Source: Vicinamibacterales bacterium
GTDB lineage: Bacteria; Acidobacteriota; Vicinamibacteria; Vicinamibacterales; 2-12-FULL-66-21
Length of the DNA stretch: 64,000 bases
Assembly (NCBI GenBank): GCA_035463475.1
Contig: DATHTE010000014.1
Coordinates: forward strand, 2,750 to 66,749
Reading direction: 5' to 3'
The translations under genes and the position numbers were made by a program. The stretch's first letter is position 1; the number at the start of each line of letters is the position of its first letter. The notes below the pieces were generated by a model that had not been told where the DNA came from, made no database searches, and saw only the letters and a program-made list of their open reading frames with translations. Positions 54,766-63,037 of this stretch are shown here, piece after piece.

Positions 54766-55755
54766 TCAGGGCAGCAGGCGCTTCGGGAACTTGGCGACGA
54801 CGGTGTAGTTCGGGTCCACGACGTTGGCGATCCGGGTGTGTCCCACCTGCGAGACCGCCTGGTATGCCTCGAGCTTCTCGAAGCCGTACTCCGCGATGAG
54901 CCACTCGATCAGCTCCACCTGCGCGATGCGGAACGCGTCAACGAGCGGCCGGCCGCTGCCGGCCACCATGATGTCCTCGGCATCTTCCATCCGGGGCCAC
55001 CGGATCCGCTTGCCCTTGATCAGATCGAACTGCAGCGTCACCTCCATCGTGGTCTCGAGCGCAGAGCCGCAGATCTCGCCGTCCCCCTGCAGCGCGTGGC
55101 CATCGCCGAAGTAGAAGTACGCCCCCTCGTGGAAGATCGGCAGATACACCGTCGTCCCGTCTCGCACGTCGGCGGCGTCCATGTTGCCGCCGAAATTGCC
55201 CGGCCACAGGCCGCCGAACGCCTCGTCGCCGGCGGGCGCCACCGCGACGCGGCCCAGGAACGGCTTGAGTGCCGCCTCGAAGCGCTTCGCGCGCGAGTTC
55301 GGCAGATCGACGGCGCCGGTCATCTTCTCCAGGTCGAGCCGCCAGACGAAGCGGCGCGCGGGCAGCGGCTCGTTGATCATCCGCGTGCGCGCGTCCGCGG
55401 CGACGGCGCTGATCCCGTTCGGGTTGATCTGCGACACGGCCGTGGCGCGGTTGGGCCGCACCTTGATGATGCGGACCACGAGCGTGTCGTCCGGGGTGGC
55501 CCCTTCGATGTAGAAAGGTCCGACCTCGCCGGGCCAGGCGCCTCCTTGCTTGTCGTAGTAGTCGCCCGGCCGCGAGAACGTCCGGCTCTCGACCGTGTCG
55601 CCCGGTTTCACGCGCAGCACCGGTTCACGCACCGCGAAGGTCTGGACGCCGGATGTGGGATTGAACTTGATGGTGTCAGCCGACGCGGCCGGGGCCGACA
55701 GGCCTGCGGCGAGACACACGGCAAGAGACACGGGGGCCGCTGACATGGTCCGCAT
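54766..55755 (-). CDS. Acetamidase/formamidase-family protein with signal peptide
   Basis: GNFGGNMD and YFYFGDGHALQGDGEICGSALE motifs. The N-terminal signal is MSAAPVSLAVCLAAGLSAPAASA. Confidence 0.75.
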   Translation of the reverse strand: MRTMSAAPVSLAVCLAAGLSAPAASADTIKFNPTSGVQTFAVREPVLRVKPGDTVESRTFSRPGDYYDKQGGAWPGEVGPFYIEGATPDDTLVVRIIKVRPNRATAVSQINPNGISAVAADARTRMINEPLPARRFVWRLDLEKMTGAVDLPNSRAKRFEAALKPFLGRVAVAPAGDEAFGGLWPGNFGGNMDAADVRDGTTVYLPIFHEGAYFYFGDGHALQGDGEICGSALETTMEVTLQFDLIKGKRIRWPRMEDAEDIMVAGSGRPLVDAFRIAQVELIEWLIAEYGFEKLEAYQAVSQVGHTRIANVVDPNYTVVAKFPKRLLP

Positions 55756-55814
55756 ACACGCTCCCTGAAACGTAGATTCCGCGGGGTCCGCAGACGCGGT
55801 AAAGACCGCCGATT

Positions 55815-56438
55815 CTATCGCGAGCGCTTCTTGTGGTGGGCGGGACGGCCGTGCCGTGCGCGTTGCTGCTGGCTTGGGCCGCCGGGACGGCCGGGGCGAC
55901 CGTGCCCCGCGCTGTTGCCGTTCCGGCCAGCCGGGCGGAAGCCGGTGCGAAAATCGTCGCGGAAACGGCCGCGCGCGGTGGCCTGCCGGACCGTGAACTC
56001 CGGCAGCGGTCGTCCGGCTGGCGGCGGGCTCCCTTCGGGACGCGGCAGCGTGGCCCGAATCAGCGGGCGATGCACGGGGCCTTCATCCGCCGGCGGCGCG
56101 TTGTCCTGCGCAGGCTCGTTGACGGTCTCGCTGCCTGCGCCCCCGTCAGCCTGTAGCGGCTCCGGGGCTTCGGCCGCTGCGGGCTTGGGTGGCGCGGGGG
56201 GCGCGGCGGATTCGGCAGCGCCAGCAAGCACTTCCTGGTAGAGCGCGCCCGCGGCGGCCTTGCGGCGCACGCGTGGCAGGCGGGCCTCCTTGTACGGATG
56301 CTCGTTGTCGCACGCGGTGCAGCGGGTCTGGCGAATGGTGTCGTCGATCATGGCGACCACTGCGTGGTCGGTTATGCGGCGCTCGCGCGGACAATAATCG
56401 TCCACGATATCACCGACTTTGAGCCGGCGCTGGTCCAT
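55815..56438 (-). CDS. Hypothetical protein with N-terminal CxxE..CxxC zinc-ribbon-like module and basic low-complexity tail
   Basis: Start at MDQRRLKVGDIVDDYCPRERRITDHAVVAMIDDTIRQTRCTACDNEHPYKE. The rest is Pro/Ala/Arg-rich. Confidence 0.45.
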   Translation of the reverse strand: MDQRRLKVGDIVDDYCPRERRITDHAVVAMIDDTIRQTRCTACDNEHPYKEARLPRVRRKAAAGALYQEVLAGAAESAAPPAPPKPAAAEAPEPLQADGGAGSETVNEPAQDNAPPADEGPVHRPLIRATLPRPEGSPPPAGRPLPEFTVRQATARGRFRDDFRTGFRPAGRNGNSAGHGRPGRPGGPSQQQRARHGRPAHHKKRSR

Positions 56439-56585
56439 CAGTTCCCCCGGAAACAAACCTCTGGCTGGAATGGAAGCGGAAGCGGGTTCCAGCAGTCTAT
56501 CAAAGCCCACCGGTCGGGGCAACCTTGGGGACAGGTCTCCAACACCCGTTCTTTGCGACTCCAACGACAGTCGTGCAGAAGGATG

Positions 56586-57857
56586 TCACTTCGTGCACCA
56601 GGCGACCGCCCGCTCCAGGGCGACGTCGCGCCCCTCCAGGAGCGCGGAGCGGGACCAGGCGGCCTCCTCATCGGGCACGACGCCCGAGCCCTCCACGCGG
56701 TTGCCGGCCGCGGTGACGAAATCGCCATACGCGTGCACCAGCACGTCACCGCTCGGCAGGCGGTCGAACAGCGCGGGCAGCGCCTGCCCCATCGTCCGCT
56801 GGCCGAACACGCGGGCGCGGCCGATGGCCTGCATCCCGCCTGCAAAGCACTCGGACGCGCTCCCTGTGAGCTGGTCCACGAGGATGGCCACGCAGCCGGC
56901 GTACGGTTTGACGGGGCGGCCATCCGGGGCGACCGAGCGCGGGTTCGAGAAGAACTTCAACGTCCCCTCGCGCGTGCGCATCTCCCCGAGGGAAACCCGT
57001 TCGGCGGTGAAGTGCCCGGCAATACCCATCAGCATCGCGGCCAGTCCACCGGGGTTGCCGCGCAGGTCGAGCACGATGCCGGCGTCGTCGCGATGCCTGT
57101 CAACCGCGCGCGCGACGAACGCGTCTACCGGCGTGAGCCACGCGTTGAAACGAATATAGCCGAGGCGAGCGCCGGACGAGGCCGTGAGCGCACGCTCGGC
57201 CGTTCGGACGCGAAGCATGGGAAAAGTGCCGAGCTTCACCGGCTCGCCGGTCTCGACCTCGCGCTCCACGCGCACCTCGCGCGAGCTGCCGTTCGCGTCC
57301 GCGAAGGAGAGGTGGACGCGGCTCCCGACCGGCCCGCGGACGCGGTCCGTGACGATGCGCCAGGCTTCCACGGCCGCCAGGCGCGGCGACAGGCCGCCGA
57401 TCGTGCCGGCAATCGCCGGCGCCAGCGGCTCACCGTCCACGCCGCGAAGGATCCAACCGCGGCGCACGCCCGCGGCCTGGGCCTCCGCGGTGAGGTCGAC
57501 GACCAGCACGACTCCGTCCTGGTACCGGATGTCGAGACCGGGGTCGCCGCTCGTATCTCGCGACGGCGGGTCAGTCGGCGTGCGCCCTTCTGGGAGCAGC
57601 GTAAAGTGCGAGTCGCGCAGCCGGGTGATCATCTCGCGGATGATCGCGCGCGTTTCCTCCGGCGTCTCCGCCACCTCGGCGCGCGGACGCAGCTCGCGCC
57701 TCACCGCTTCCCAGTCCACCCCGTTGAACGACGGATCGTAGTAGGTCTCGTTGATGATGCGCCACGCGGCATCGAAGCTCTCGAGCCAGACGGGCTCGAG
57801 CGGCGCGGCGGCGAGCGACAGCAGCGCCGCCGCAACGACCGACGCGCGGCGCGTCAT
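56586..57857 (-). CDS. S41-family (C-terminal processing/tricorn-core-like) peptidase
   Basis: Signal peptide, a PDZ-like middle region, DLRGNPGG, and SASECFAGG (catalytic Ser context). Confidence 0.8.
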   Translation of the reverse strand: MTRRASVVAAALLSLAAAPLEPVWLESFDAAWRIINETYYDPSFNGVDWEAVRRELRPRAEVAETPEETRAIIREMITRLRDSHFTLLPEGRTPTDPPSRDTSGDPGLDIRYQDGVVLVVDLTAEAQAAGVRRGWILRGVDGEPLAPAIAGTIGGLSPRLAAVEAWRIVTDRVRGPVGSRVHLSFADANGSSREVRVEREVETGEPVKLGTFPMLRVRTAERALTASSGARLGYIRFNAWLTPVDAFVARAVDRHRDDAGIVLDLRGNPGGLAAMLMGIAGHFTAERVSLGEMRTREGTLKFFSNPRSVAPDGRPVKPYAGCVAILVDQLTGSASECFAGGMQAIGRARVFGQRTMGQALPALFDRLPSGDVLVHAYGDFVTAAGNRVEGSGVVPDEEAAWSRSALLEGRDVALERAVAWCTK

Positions 57858-58603
57858 TTGACCAGGGCCTGGATCGCGGGAGGGGGCGCAAACGCCGCTT
57901 TGTCCACCGCGTCGAAGTGGACCTCCGTGATGGTGATGATCTGCTCGGTCCCCATCAGCTTCTGCACGATCTTCGATGCGATCTTCGTCCCTCCGAACTC
58001 ACGGTAGTCCGACGTGACGTGCGTCGCCTTGACAGGACCCATCGGCGACTCGCGCGTCACCATCGATCCAAGCATGAGGCCGGTCTCGGTGTCGAAGAAC
58101 TCGAAGTCCTCGTCGCCGGTGATCCGCACCGCCCGCACCCTGTAGGCGGGACGCCCCTCGAACGTCGTGCGCTCGACGGTCTCGAGGACCTTGTACTGTT
58201 TGTCCGAGTGCAACGAGGCGTCGAAATCGGCGTCCGCCTTCATCTGCTCGAGCGACTTGCCCTGGAGCACCATCGGTCCGGTCAGCGGGTTCAGGCTCCA
58301 GCCGATCTTGCCGTCGTACCCTGACTGGATTTCCCCGACGCCCGGGATCGACATGCGAAGCCGCATGAGATCGGGGCGGGCGGCGAGGAGCTCCAGATTG
58401 CCTTCCACACCCTGCGCGGGCATGCTGATGCGGCCAAGCGCCCGCCGCGAGCTGTGCTTCGCGATCGCTTCCCGTCCGCCCGTCGCCTCGACGAAGCGAT
58501 CGATGATCGCCCGCGCCGGCGGCAGCGCTTCCTGGGCGGACGCGCCGGCCCAGAACACGGCAACAGCAATGGCGAGCAGGCCGGCGGACGCGCGTGTGCG
58601 CAT
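57854..58603 (-). CDS. Hypothetical secreted protein (LolA-like fold guess only)
   Basis: Signal peptide MRTRASAGLLAIAVAVFWAGASAQE. It is coupled (ATGA) to the S41 peptidase gene. Confidence 0.5.
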   Translation of the reverse strand: MRTRASAGLLAIAVAVFWAGASAQEALPPARAIIDRFVEATGGREAIAKHSSRRALGRISMPAQGVEGNLELLAARPDLMRLRMSIPGVGEIQSGYDGKIGWSLNPLTGPMVLQGKSLEQMKADADFDASLHSDKQYKVLETVERTTFEGRPAYRVRAVRITGDEDFEFFDTETGLMLGSMVTRESPMGPVKATHVTSDYREFGGTKIASKIVQKLMGTEQIITITEVHFDAVDKAAFAPPPAIQALVK

Positions 58604-58626
58604 GGATGAGAGTGTACACTACACGA

Positions 58627-58845
58627 ATGCTGAAGGGCTCGCGTGAGGTCATCGTGCGGAGGATTCAGCCCGTCAGCATCCACGGGCAGATCTCGCTCGA
58701 CGTGTACTACGTCGAACCGGACAACCCGGAGCAGGTCCGGATCGCGCGCGTCGCGTCCGAGTCGGTGCCGCGCAACCTCGAAGTCGGCGACCGCGCGCTC
58801 GTGCATTACCTCCTGGGTGTGGCGACGGAGATTACCAAGGTGTAA
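58627..58845 (+). CDS. Hypothetical small protein (72 aa)
   Basis: ORF MLKGSREVIVRRIQPVSIHG.. I recognise no family and the coding status is uncertain. Confidence 0.3.
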   Translation: MLKGSREVIVRRIQPVSIHGQISLDVYYVEPDNPEQVRIARVASESVPRNLEVGDRALVHYLLGVATEITKV

Positions 58846-58852
58846 TGACCAT

Positions 58853-58886
58853 TGGGCAGTGGGCAGTAGGCACTGCCTGTCACTGC
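58853..58886. terminator. Nested GGCAGT/ACTGCC hairpins in a convergent gap
   Basis: The sequence is gggcagtgggcagtaggcactgcctgtcactgcc, which allows alternative 6-7-bp stems. Confidence 0.35.
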
Positions 58887-60167
58887 CTATCGCCGCCGCG
58901 CCTTGATGTACACGTCGATCTCGTCGTTCCTCGGATTCACGAAATCCAGCCGAACCTTCCCCTCCTGCTCCGAGATCGTCGCGGGCACCGAGGAGGTGGT
59001 CAGGTACCAGCCTTCGGGCAGGAGGATGGCGTTCGCCGGGCGTCCGAAGGCGCGATGCCAGACCAGTTGATCGCCCACGAGACCGTAGCGACCCGGGTCC
59101 GTGTAGGTCTCTTCGATGCGCAGGCGGGTCGACCGTCCCTTCTGCACGGCCGGGAACCTGACAATAACCACCTCGGTGTCCGGCGCGACGGTCTCACGGA
59201 TGTCGATCCCAGCCTTGGCGATCGCGTCGCCGCGCAACGTCTCGGTCTTCAGCGCCTCGCCCGTGTCGAGGACCTTCGCCGAAGGGTTCGACACGCGGCT
59301 GCCCGCCCGCACGACGTTGAGGTACTTGTCGGTGCCCTCGCGTGACTCCGTGTAGTCGTGATACAGCCGGAAGGCGTGCGTCTCCGGCTGCTGCATGAAA
59401 TACACAATCTCCCGGTCCTGCCGCGCGCGCTCGCTCACGGGCATGTCGCGCAGCGAGGAAACGGGGGCAGTCACCGTTTCCCGGGAAGGCTGCTGAAAAC
59501 GGGGTCTGTCCCCGTTTTCTGGACGATTCCCGAAACGGGGACTGTCCCCGTTTCCGGTCCCTTTGGCGATCTTCCTCGCTCGCAGCACGAGGTCCGCGGA
59601 TCCCGGGAACGTGTGGATGAAGCTCAGGGCGATGCGAGAGTCCGCCTCCTGAATGACCTGCACCGGCACGTTGCAGCTCACGACTTCGTAGCCGGCGGGC
59701 AGCACGACCGCGTTGCGCCGGATGCCGAGCGGCCGCGCGAACACCAGCGTGTCCCCTTCCGTGTAGTAGCTTTTCGGATCGCGGTACGTCTTGAGAATGC
59801 GGATGCGCGCTTCGCCGCCGTCGCGCGGCACGGGCCGCGCGAGCGCCACCTTTATATAAGAGCCGTCCGGATCGGCGCGCGCGAACCCGGCATCGCGCGC
59901 CTGCGCGCCGGATACCACTTCGAACTTGAGCGGCTCCCCCGTCACCCGATCGATGACCGACTCGTCGCTCGCCTCGCTTCCTTTGCGAATCGGGTTGAAG
60001 TAGAAGGTCGCGCCGGGCGTCACCGCCGTCACGTCGTAGACGATGCGGAATTTCGCGCTGCCTGGATCGAGAAGTTCGTAGCGCGTGTACTCGTCGCTGC
60101 TGGCATTCTGCGCGAGCGCCGGACCGGCCGCCAGCACGGCGGCGATGATCGTCAGCATCTTCTTCAT
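58887..60167 (-). CDS. Hypothetical secreted protein made of two homologous ~180-aa halves
   Basis: Signal peptide MKKMLTIIAAVLAAGPALAQ. There is an internal duplication (RIRILKTYRDPKSYYTEGDTLVFARPLG..VVLPAGYEVVSCNVP versus RLRIEETYTDPGRYGLVGDQLVWHRAFG..AILLPEGWYLTTSSVP). Confidence 0.6.
   Translation of the reverse strand: MKKMLTIIAAVLAAGPALAQNASSDEYTRYELLDPGSAKFRIVYDVTAVTPGATFYFNPIRKGSEASDESVIDRVTGEPLKFEVVSGAQARDAGFARADPDGSYIKVALARPVPRDGGEARIRILKTYRDPKSYYTEGDTLVFARPLGIRRNAVVLPAGYEVVSCNVPVQVIQEADSRIALSFIHTFPGSADLVLRARKIAKGTGNGDSPRFGNRPENGDRPRFQQPSRETVTAPVSSLRDMPVSERARQDREIVYFMQQPETHAFRLYHDYTESREGTDKYLNVVRAGSRVSNPSAKVLDTGEALKTETLRGDAIAKAGIDIRETVAPDTEVVIVRFPAVQKGRSTRLRIEETYTDPGRYGLVGDQLVWHRAFGRPANAILLPEGWYLTTSSVPATISEQEGKVRLDFVNPRNDEIDVYIKARRR
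59495..59554. repeat. REP-like twin hairpin (GAAAACGGGG-TCTGT-CCCCGTTTTC ... GAAACGGGGA-CTG-TCCCCGTTTC) inside the coding sequence
   Basis: Two perfect 10-bp stems. Total length is 60 nt (20 codons), translated as part of KGTGNGDSPRFGNRPENGDRPRFQQ in the inter-domain linker. Confidence 0.85.
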
Positions 60168-60182
60168 GGCTTGCTCCGTCCC

Positions 60183-60854
60183 TCACCGCGTCCGTTCGAA
60201 CACCGTCCCCGAGCCGAAGTCCACAGCCGGCCGCGCCTGCAGCCAGCGGCGCAGCGCCTCAGTCGGCTCGGTGAGGACCACGTACTGGCGCTGGTCGAAC
60301 ACGGCGCCTGGCCCGTACGGTTTGCCCGACTTCATCGTGGCGCGCGCGGCATCGTAGTCGAGCTGCGAGACCACCCACCGGGCGCCGTCGCGCTGCAGCC
60401 TCAGGATCAGGTGCGCCGGCACCAGGGCGGCGCCGTGATCGACGCCGCGCGGCGCCATCAGATCCAGAAAATACGCGTCCCCGATCATCGTCAGATGCCC
60501 GGTGAAGTCACGCACCTCCACAGGATGGCGGTACTGCACGCGATAGGACCGCCACTCGCCCCGCTCGATGCTGACTTCCACGTTGTCCTCCGGCGCGCGC
60601 CAGGTCCCGAGGAGCGTCTCGTCCCACGCGATGGTCGCATCGTCGTAGGCCGGGTGCATCGAGAGGACGATGCAGCCGGAGCAGAGCAGCGCGGTGGCGA
60701 TGAGCACGGCCGTCGTCGCCAGTCGACGACGGCCGGTGCAGGCGTGGCTGATGACGCGAGTGCTCGCCGGCGGAGAGGCTGGGCCCACAGCCCTTATTGT
60801 GCCCGATCGGGACCTGCGAAAACCGCTCACGTGAGAGGGCCATCGGTCGAGCAC
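60183..60854 (-). CDS. Hypothetical lipoprotein (start uncertain)
   Basis: Lipobox-like ATALLCSGC. I recognise no family. Confidence 0.45.
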   Translation of the reverse strand: MLDRWPSHVSGFRRSRSGTIRAVGPASPPASTRVISHACTGRRRLATTAVLIATALLCSGCIVLSMHPAYDDATIAWDETLLGTWRAPEDNVEVSIERGEWRSYRVQYRHPVEVRDFTGHLTMIGDAYFLDLMAPRGVDHGAALVPAHLILRLQRDGARWVVSQLDYDAARATMKSGKPYGPGAVFDQRQYVVLTEPTEALRRWLQARPAVDFGSGTVFERTR

Positions 60855-60906
60855 GGGGGTGGCGTCGGCGATGGCACGCGACGATGACGCAGCGCGTGAC
60901 GGATCG

Positions 60907-62148
60907 TCACGCGCTCGAGCTCTGAAGGCTGGCGATCTCGCGACCGCGCGTCTCGGGGATCCACACCCACGTCACGGCCGCCGCGAGGAAGGCCGCAGCC
61001 GCCACGGCGAGCGCGGCGCCGAAGCCACTGGTCTCGGCGAGCCGGCCGACGACGAATGGCGCCACCGCGCTCGCGATGCGTCCGATGTTATACGTGAAGC
61101 CCTGCGCGGTCGCGCGGATGGCCGTGGGGTAAATCTCGGCCGTGACGGCGCCGAAGCCGCTGAAGTACCCGGTGCCGAAGAACGCGACGAAAGGCCCGAG
61201 GACGAGCAGCACCCACGGCGTTCGCGTCGCGCCGTACGCGAAGACCAGCACGGCGGCAGCCAGGAGGTAGACGACATACGTGCGCCGCCGCCCCACGGCA
61301 TCGCTGATGAACCCGAACGTCACGTACCCGAACCACATTCCGACCTGCATCGCCACGACGAACCCGGACATCACGGATGGAGACAGCCCGATGCCCCCTT
61401 GGTCCGGCGGCAGCGACAGATATGCCGGGATCCACAGGTTGAACCCCCACCACGCGAACATGGTGAACGCGTTCATCAGCGTCACGGCGAGCGTGAGCGG
61501 GCCGAGAGGGCGGCGGACGATGTCGGCGAACGATCCCCGGCGCACGGGTTCTGCGCGTGACTGGCGCCAGACCGCGGGCTCTTCCACGCGGCGCCGGATC
61601 CACACCGTGAAGAGCGCCGGGAGCACGCCAACGAAGAACACCGCGCGCCAGCCCCAGCGCGGGAGAACGATCGCCGTGACCACCGCGGCCGCGGCGTAGC
61701 CGACCGCCCAGGCGCTTTGCATCAGCCCGAGCGCCTTCCCGCGATGCTCTGCCGGCCACGTCTCGGACACGAGCGCCGCGCCGCTGGCCCATTCGCCCCC
61801 CATGCCGATGCCGAGCGCCGCGCGGAACACCGCAAGTTGCCAGATGGTCTGCGCCAGCCCGCACGCCGCGGTGAACACCGAGTAGATCAGGATGCTCCCC
61901 ATCAACGCGCGCGTCCGGCCGAAGCGATCGGCCACGACGCCGAACAGCAGGCCGCCGGCCGCCGAGGCGATCAGCGTGATCGAACCGAGCAGGCCCGCCG
62001 TGGTCTTCGGGATCCCGAGGTCGGTCATGAGCGACGCGAGGACGAGCGCGTAGAGCATCACGTCGAACGCGTCGAGCATCCACCCGAACCCGGCGGCCAC
62101 CAGGGCCCGCCGCGCCGCCGACGGCGCCTCAGCCCACCATCGGAACAC
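60907..62148 (-). CDS. Major facilitator superfamily transporter
   Basis: 12 predicted hydrophobic spans and the loop 2-3 motif GVVADRFGRTRAL. Confidence 0.85.
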   Translation of the reverse strand: MFRWWAEAPSAARRALVAAGFGWMLDAFDVMLYALVLASLMTDLGIPKTTAGLLGSITLIASAAGGLLFGVVADRFGRTRALMGSILIYSVFTAACGLAQTIWQLAVFRAALGIGMGGEWASGAALVSETWPAEHRGKALGLMQSAWAVGYAAAAVVTAIVLPRWGWRAVFFVGVLPALFTVWIRRRVEEPAVWRQSRAEPVRRGSFADIVRRPLGPLTLAVTLMNAFTMFAWWGFNLWIPAYLSLPPDQGGIGLSPSVMSGFVVAMQVGMWFGYVTFGFISDAVGRRRTYVVYLLAAAVLVFAYGATRTPWVLLVLGPFVAFFGTGYFSGFGAVTAEIYPTAIRATAQGFTYNIGRIASAVAPFVVGRLAETSGFGAALAVAAAAFLAAAVTWVWIPETRGREIASLQSSSA

Positions 62149-62160
62149 GATCCCTCCGGA

Positions 62161-62258
62161 CGATCGGGAAATTGATAATCAGGGAATCGGGAAATGGCGC
62201 GATTGGCAATCGGATCATCGGTAATCTGGCAGTTGCATCGGGGAATCGGGCCATCGGG
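62161..62258. repeat. ATCGG-rich intergenic tract (seven ATCGG cores; GGGAATCGGGAAAT / GGGGAATCGGGCCAT units)
   Basis: The sequence is cgatcgggaaattgataatcagggaatcgggaaatggcgcgattggcaatcggatcatcggtaatctggcagttgcatcggggaatcgggccatcggg. Confidence 0.6.
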
Positions 62259-62268
62259 ATGACCCGTG

Positions 62269-63036
62269 TCAATGGGCGCGGAACGACGCGACCGCCACGC
62301 CCGCGGACTCGAGGGCCTGGCGGATGCGTCGCGCGAGGTCCGCGGCACCGGGCGTGTCGCCGTGCACGCAGATCGTGTCCGCACGCAGCGCGATGGACGC
62401 GCCGGTGGTCGCCACGACGCTGCCGTCGCGCACCATGCGGACGGCGCGCGCCGCCACGGCGTCGGCGTCGTGAATCACGGAGCCCTCCCGCCGGCGGGAG
62501 GTGAGCGAGCCGTCCGGCTCGTACGCCCGATCCGCGAACACCTCGGACGCGACGCGCAGCCCCGCGGCCTCTCCGGCGGCGAGCATCGGCGAGCCCGCGA
62601 GGCCGAAGAGGATTAGTGAGGGATCGAACGCCCGCACGGCGCGGGCGATGGCGTCGGAAAGCGTGACGTTCCGGGCAGCCATGTTGTAGAGCGCGCCGTG
62701 CGGTTTCACATGTTGCAGCTGCACGCCTTCAGCGCGCGCCATCGCGGCCAGCGCGCCGAGTTGATACAGGACCATGCCCTCGACTTCGTCGGGGCTGACC
62801 TGCATCTCGCGCCGGCCGAAGCCAGCCAGGTCAGGCAGCCCGGGGTGCGCGCCGACGGCGACGCCGTGCGCTCTGGCGAGCCTCACCGTGGCGCGCATGA
62901 CCGCCGGATCGCCGGCGTGAAACCCGCACGCGATGTTCGCCGAGGTGATGGTGGACATCACCTCGGCGTCGGCGCCCAGGGAGTACGCCCCGAAGGACTC
63001 TCCCATGTCGCAGTTCAGATCGACGGAGCGCGCCAC
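62269..63036 (-). CDS. pxpA: 5-oxoprolinase subunit A (LamB/YcsF family)
   Basis: VDLNCDMGESFG, ANIACGFHAGDP and KPHGALYN. Confidence 0.88.
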   Translation of the reverse strand: MARSVDLNCDMGESFGAYSLGADAEVMSTITSANIACGFHAGDPAVMRATVRLARAHGVAVGAHPGLPDLAGFGRREMQVSPDEVEGMVLYQLGALAAMARAEGVQLQHVKPHGALYNMAARNVTLSDAIARAVRAFDPSLILFGLAGSPMLAAGEAAGLRVASEVFADRAYEPDGSLTSRRREGSVIHDADAVAARAVRMVRDGSVVATTGASIALRADTICVHGDTPGAADLARRIRQALESAGVAVASFRAH

Positions 63037-63037
63037 G

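Noticed and set aside
62172-62504. 110-aa plus-strand ORF starting in the ATCGG tract
   Set aside because: Its N-terminus is a translation of the intergenic repeat (GNGAIGNRIIGN). The rest is antisense to pxpA.
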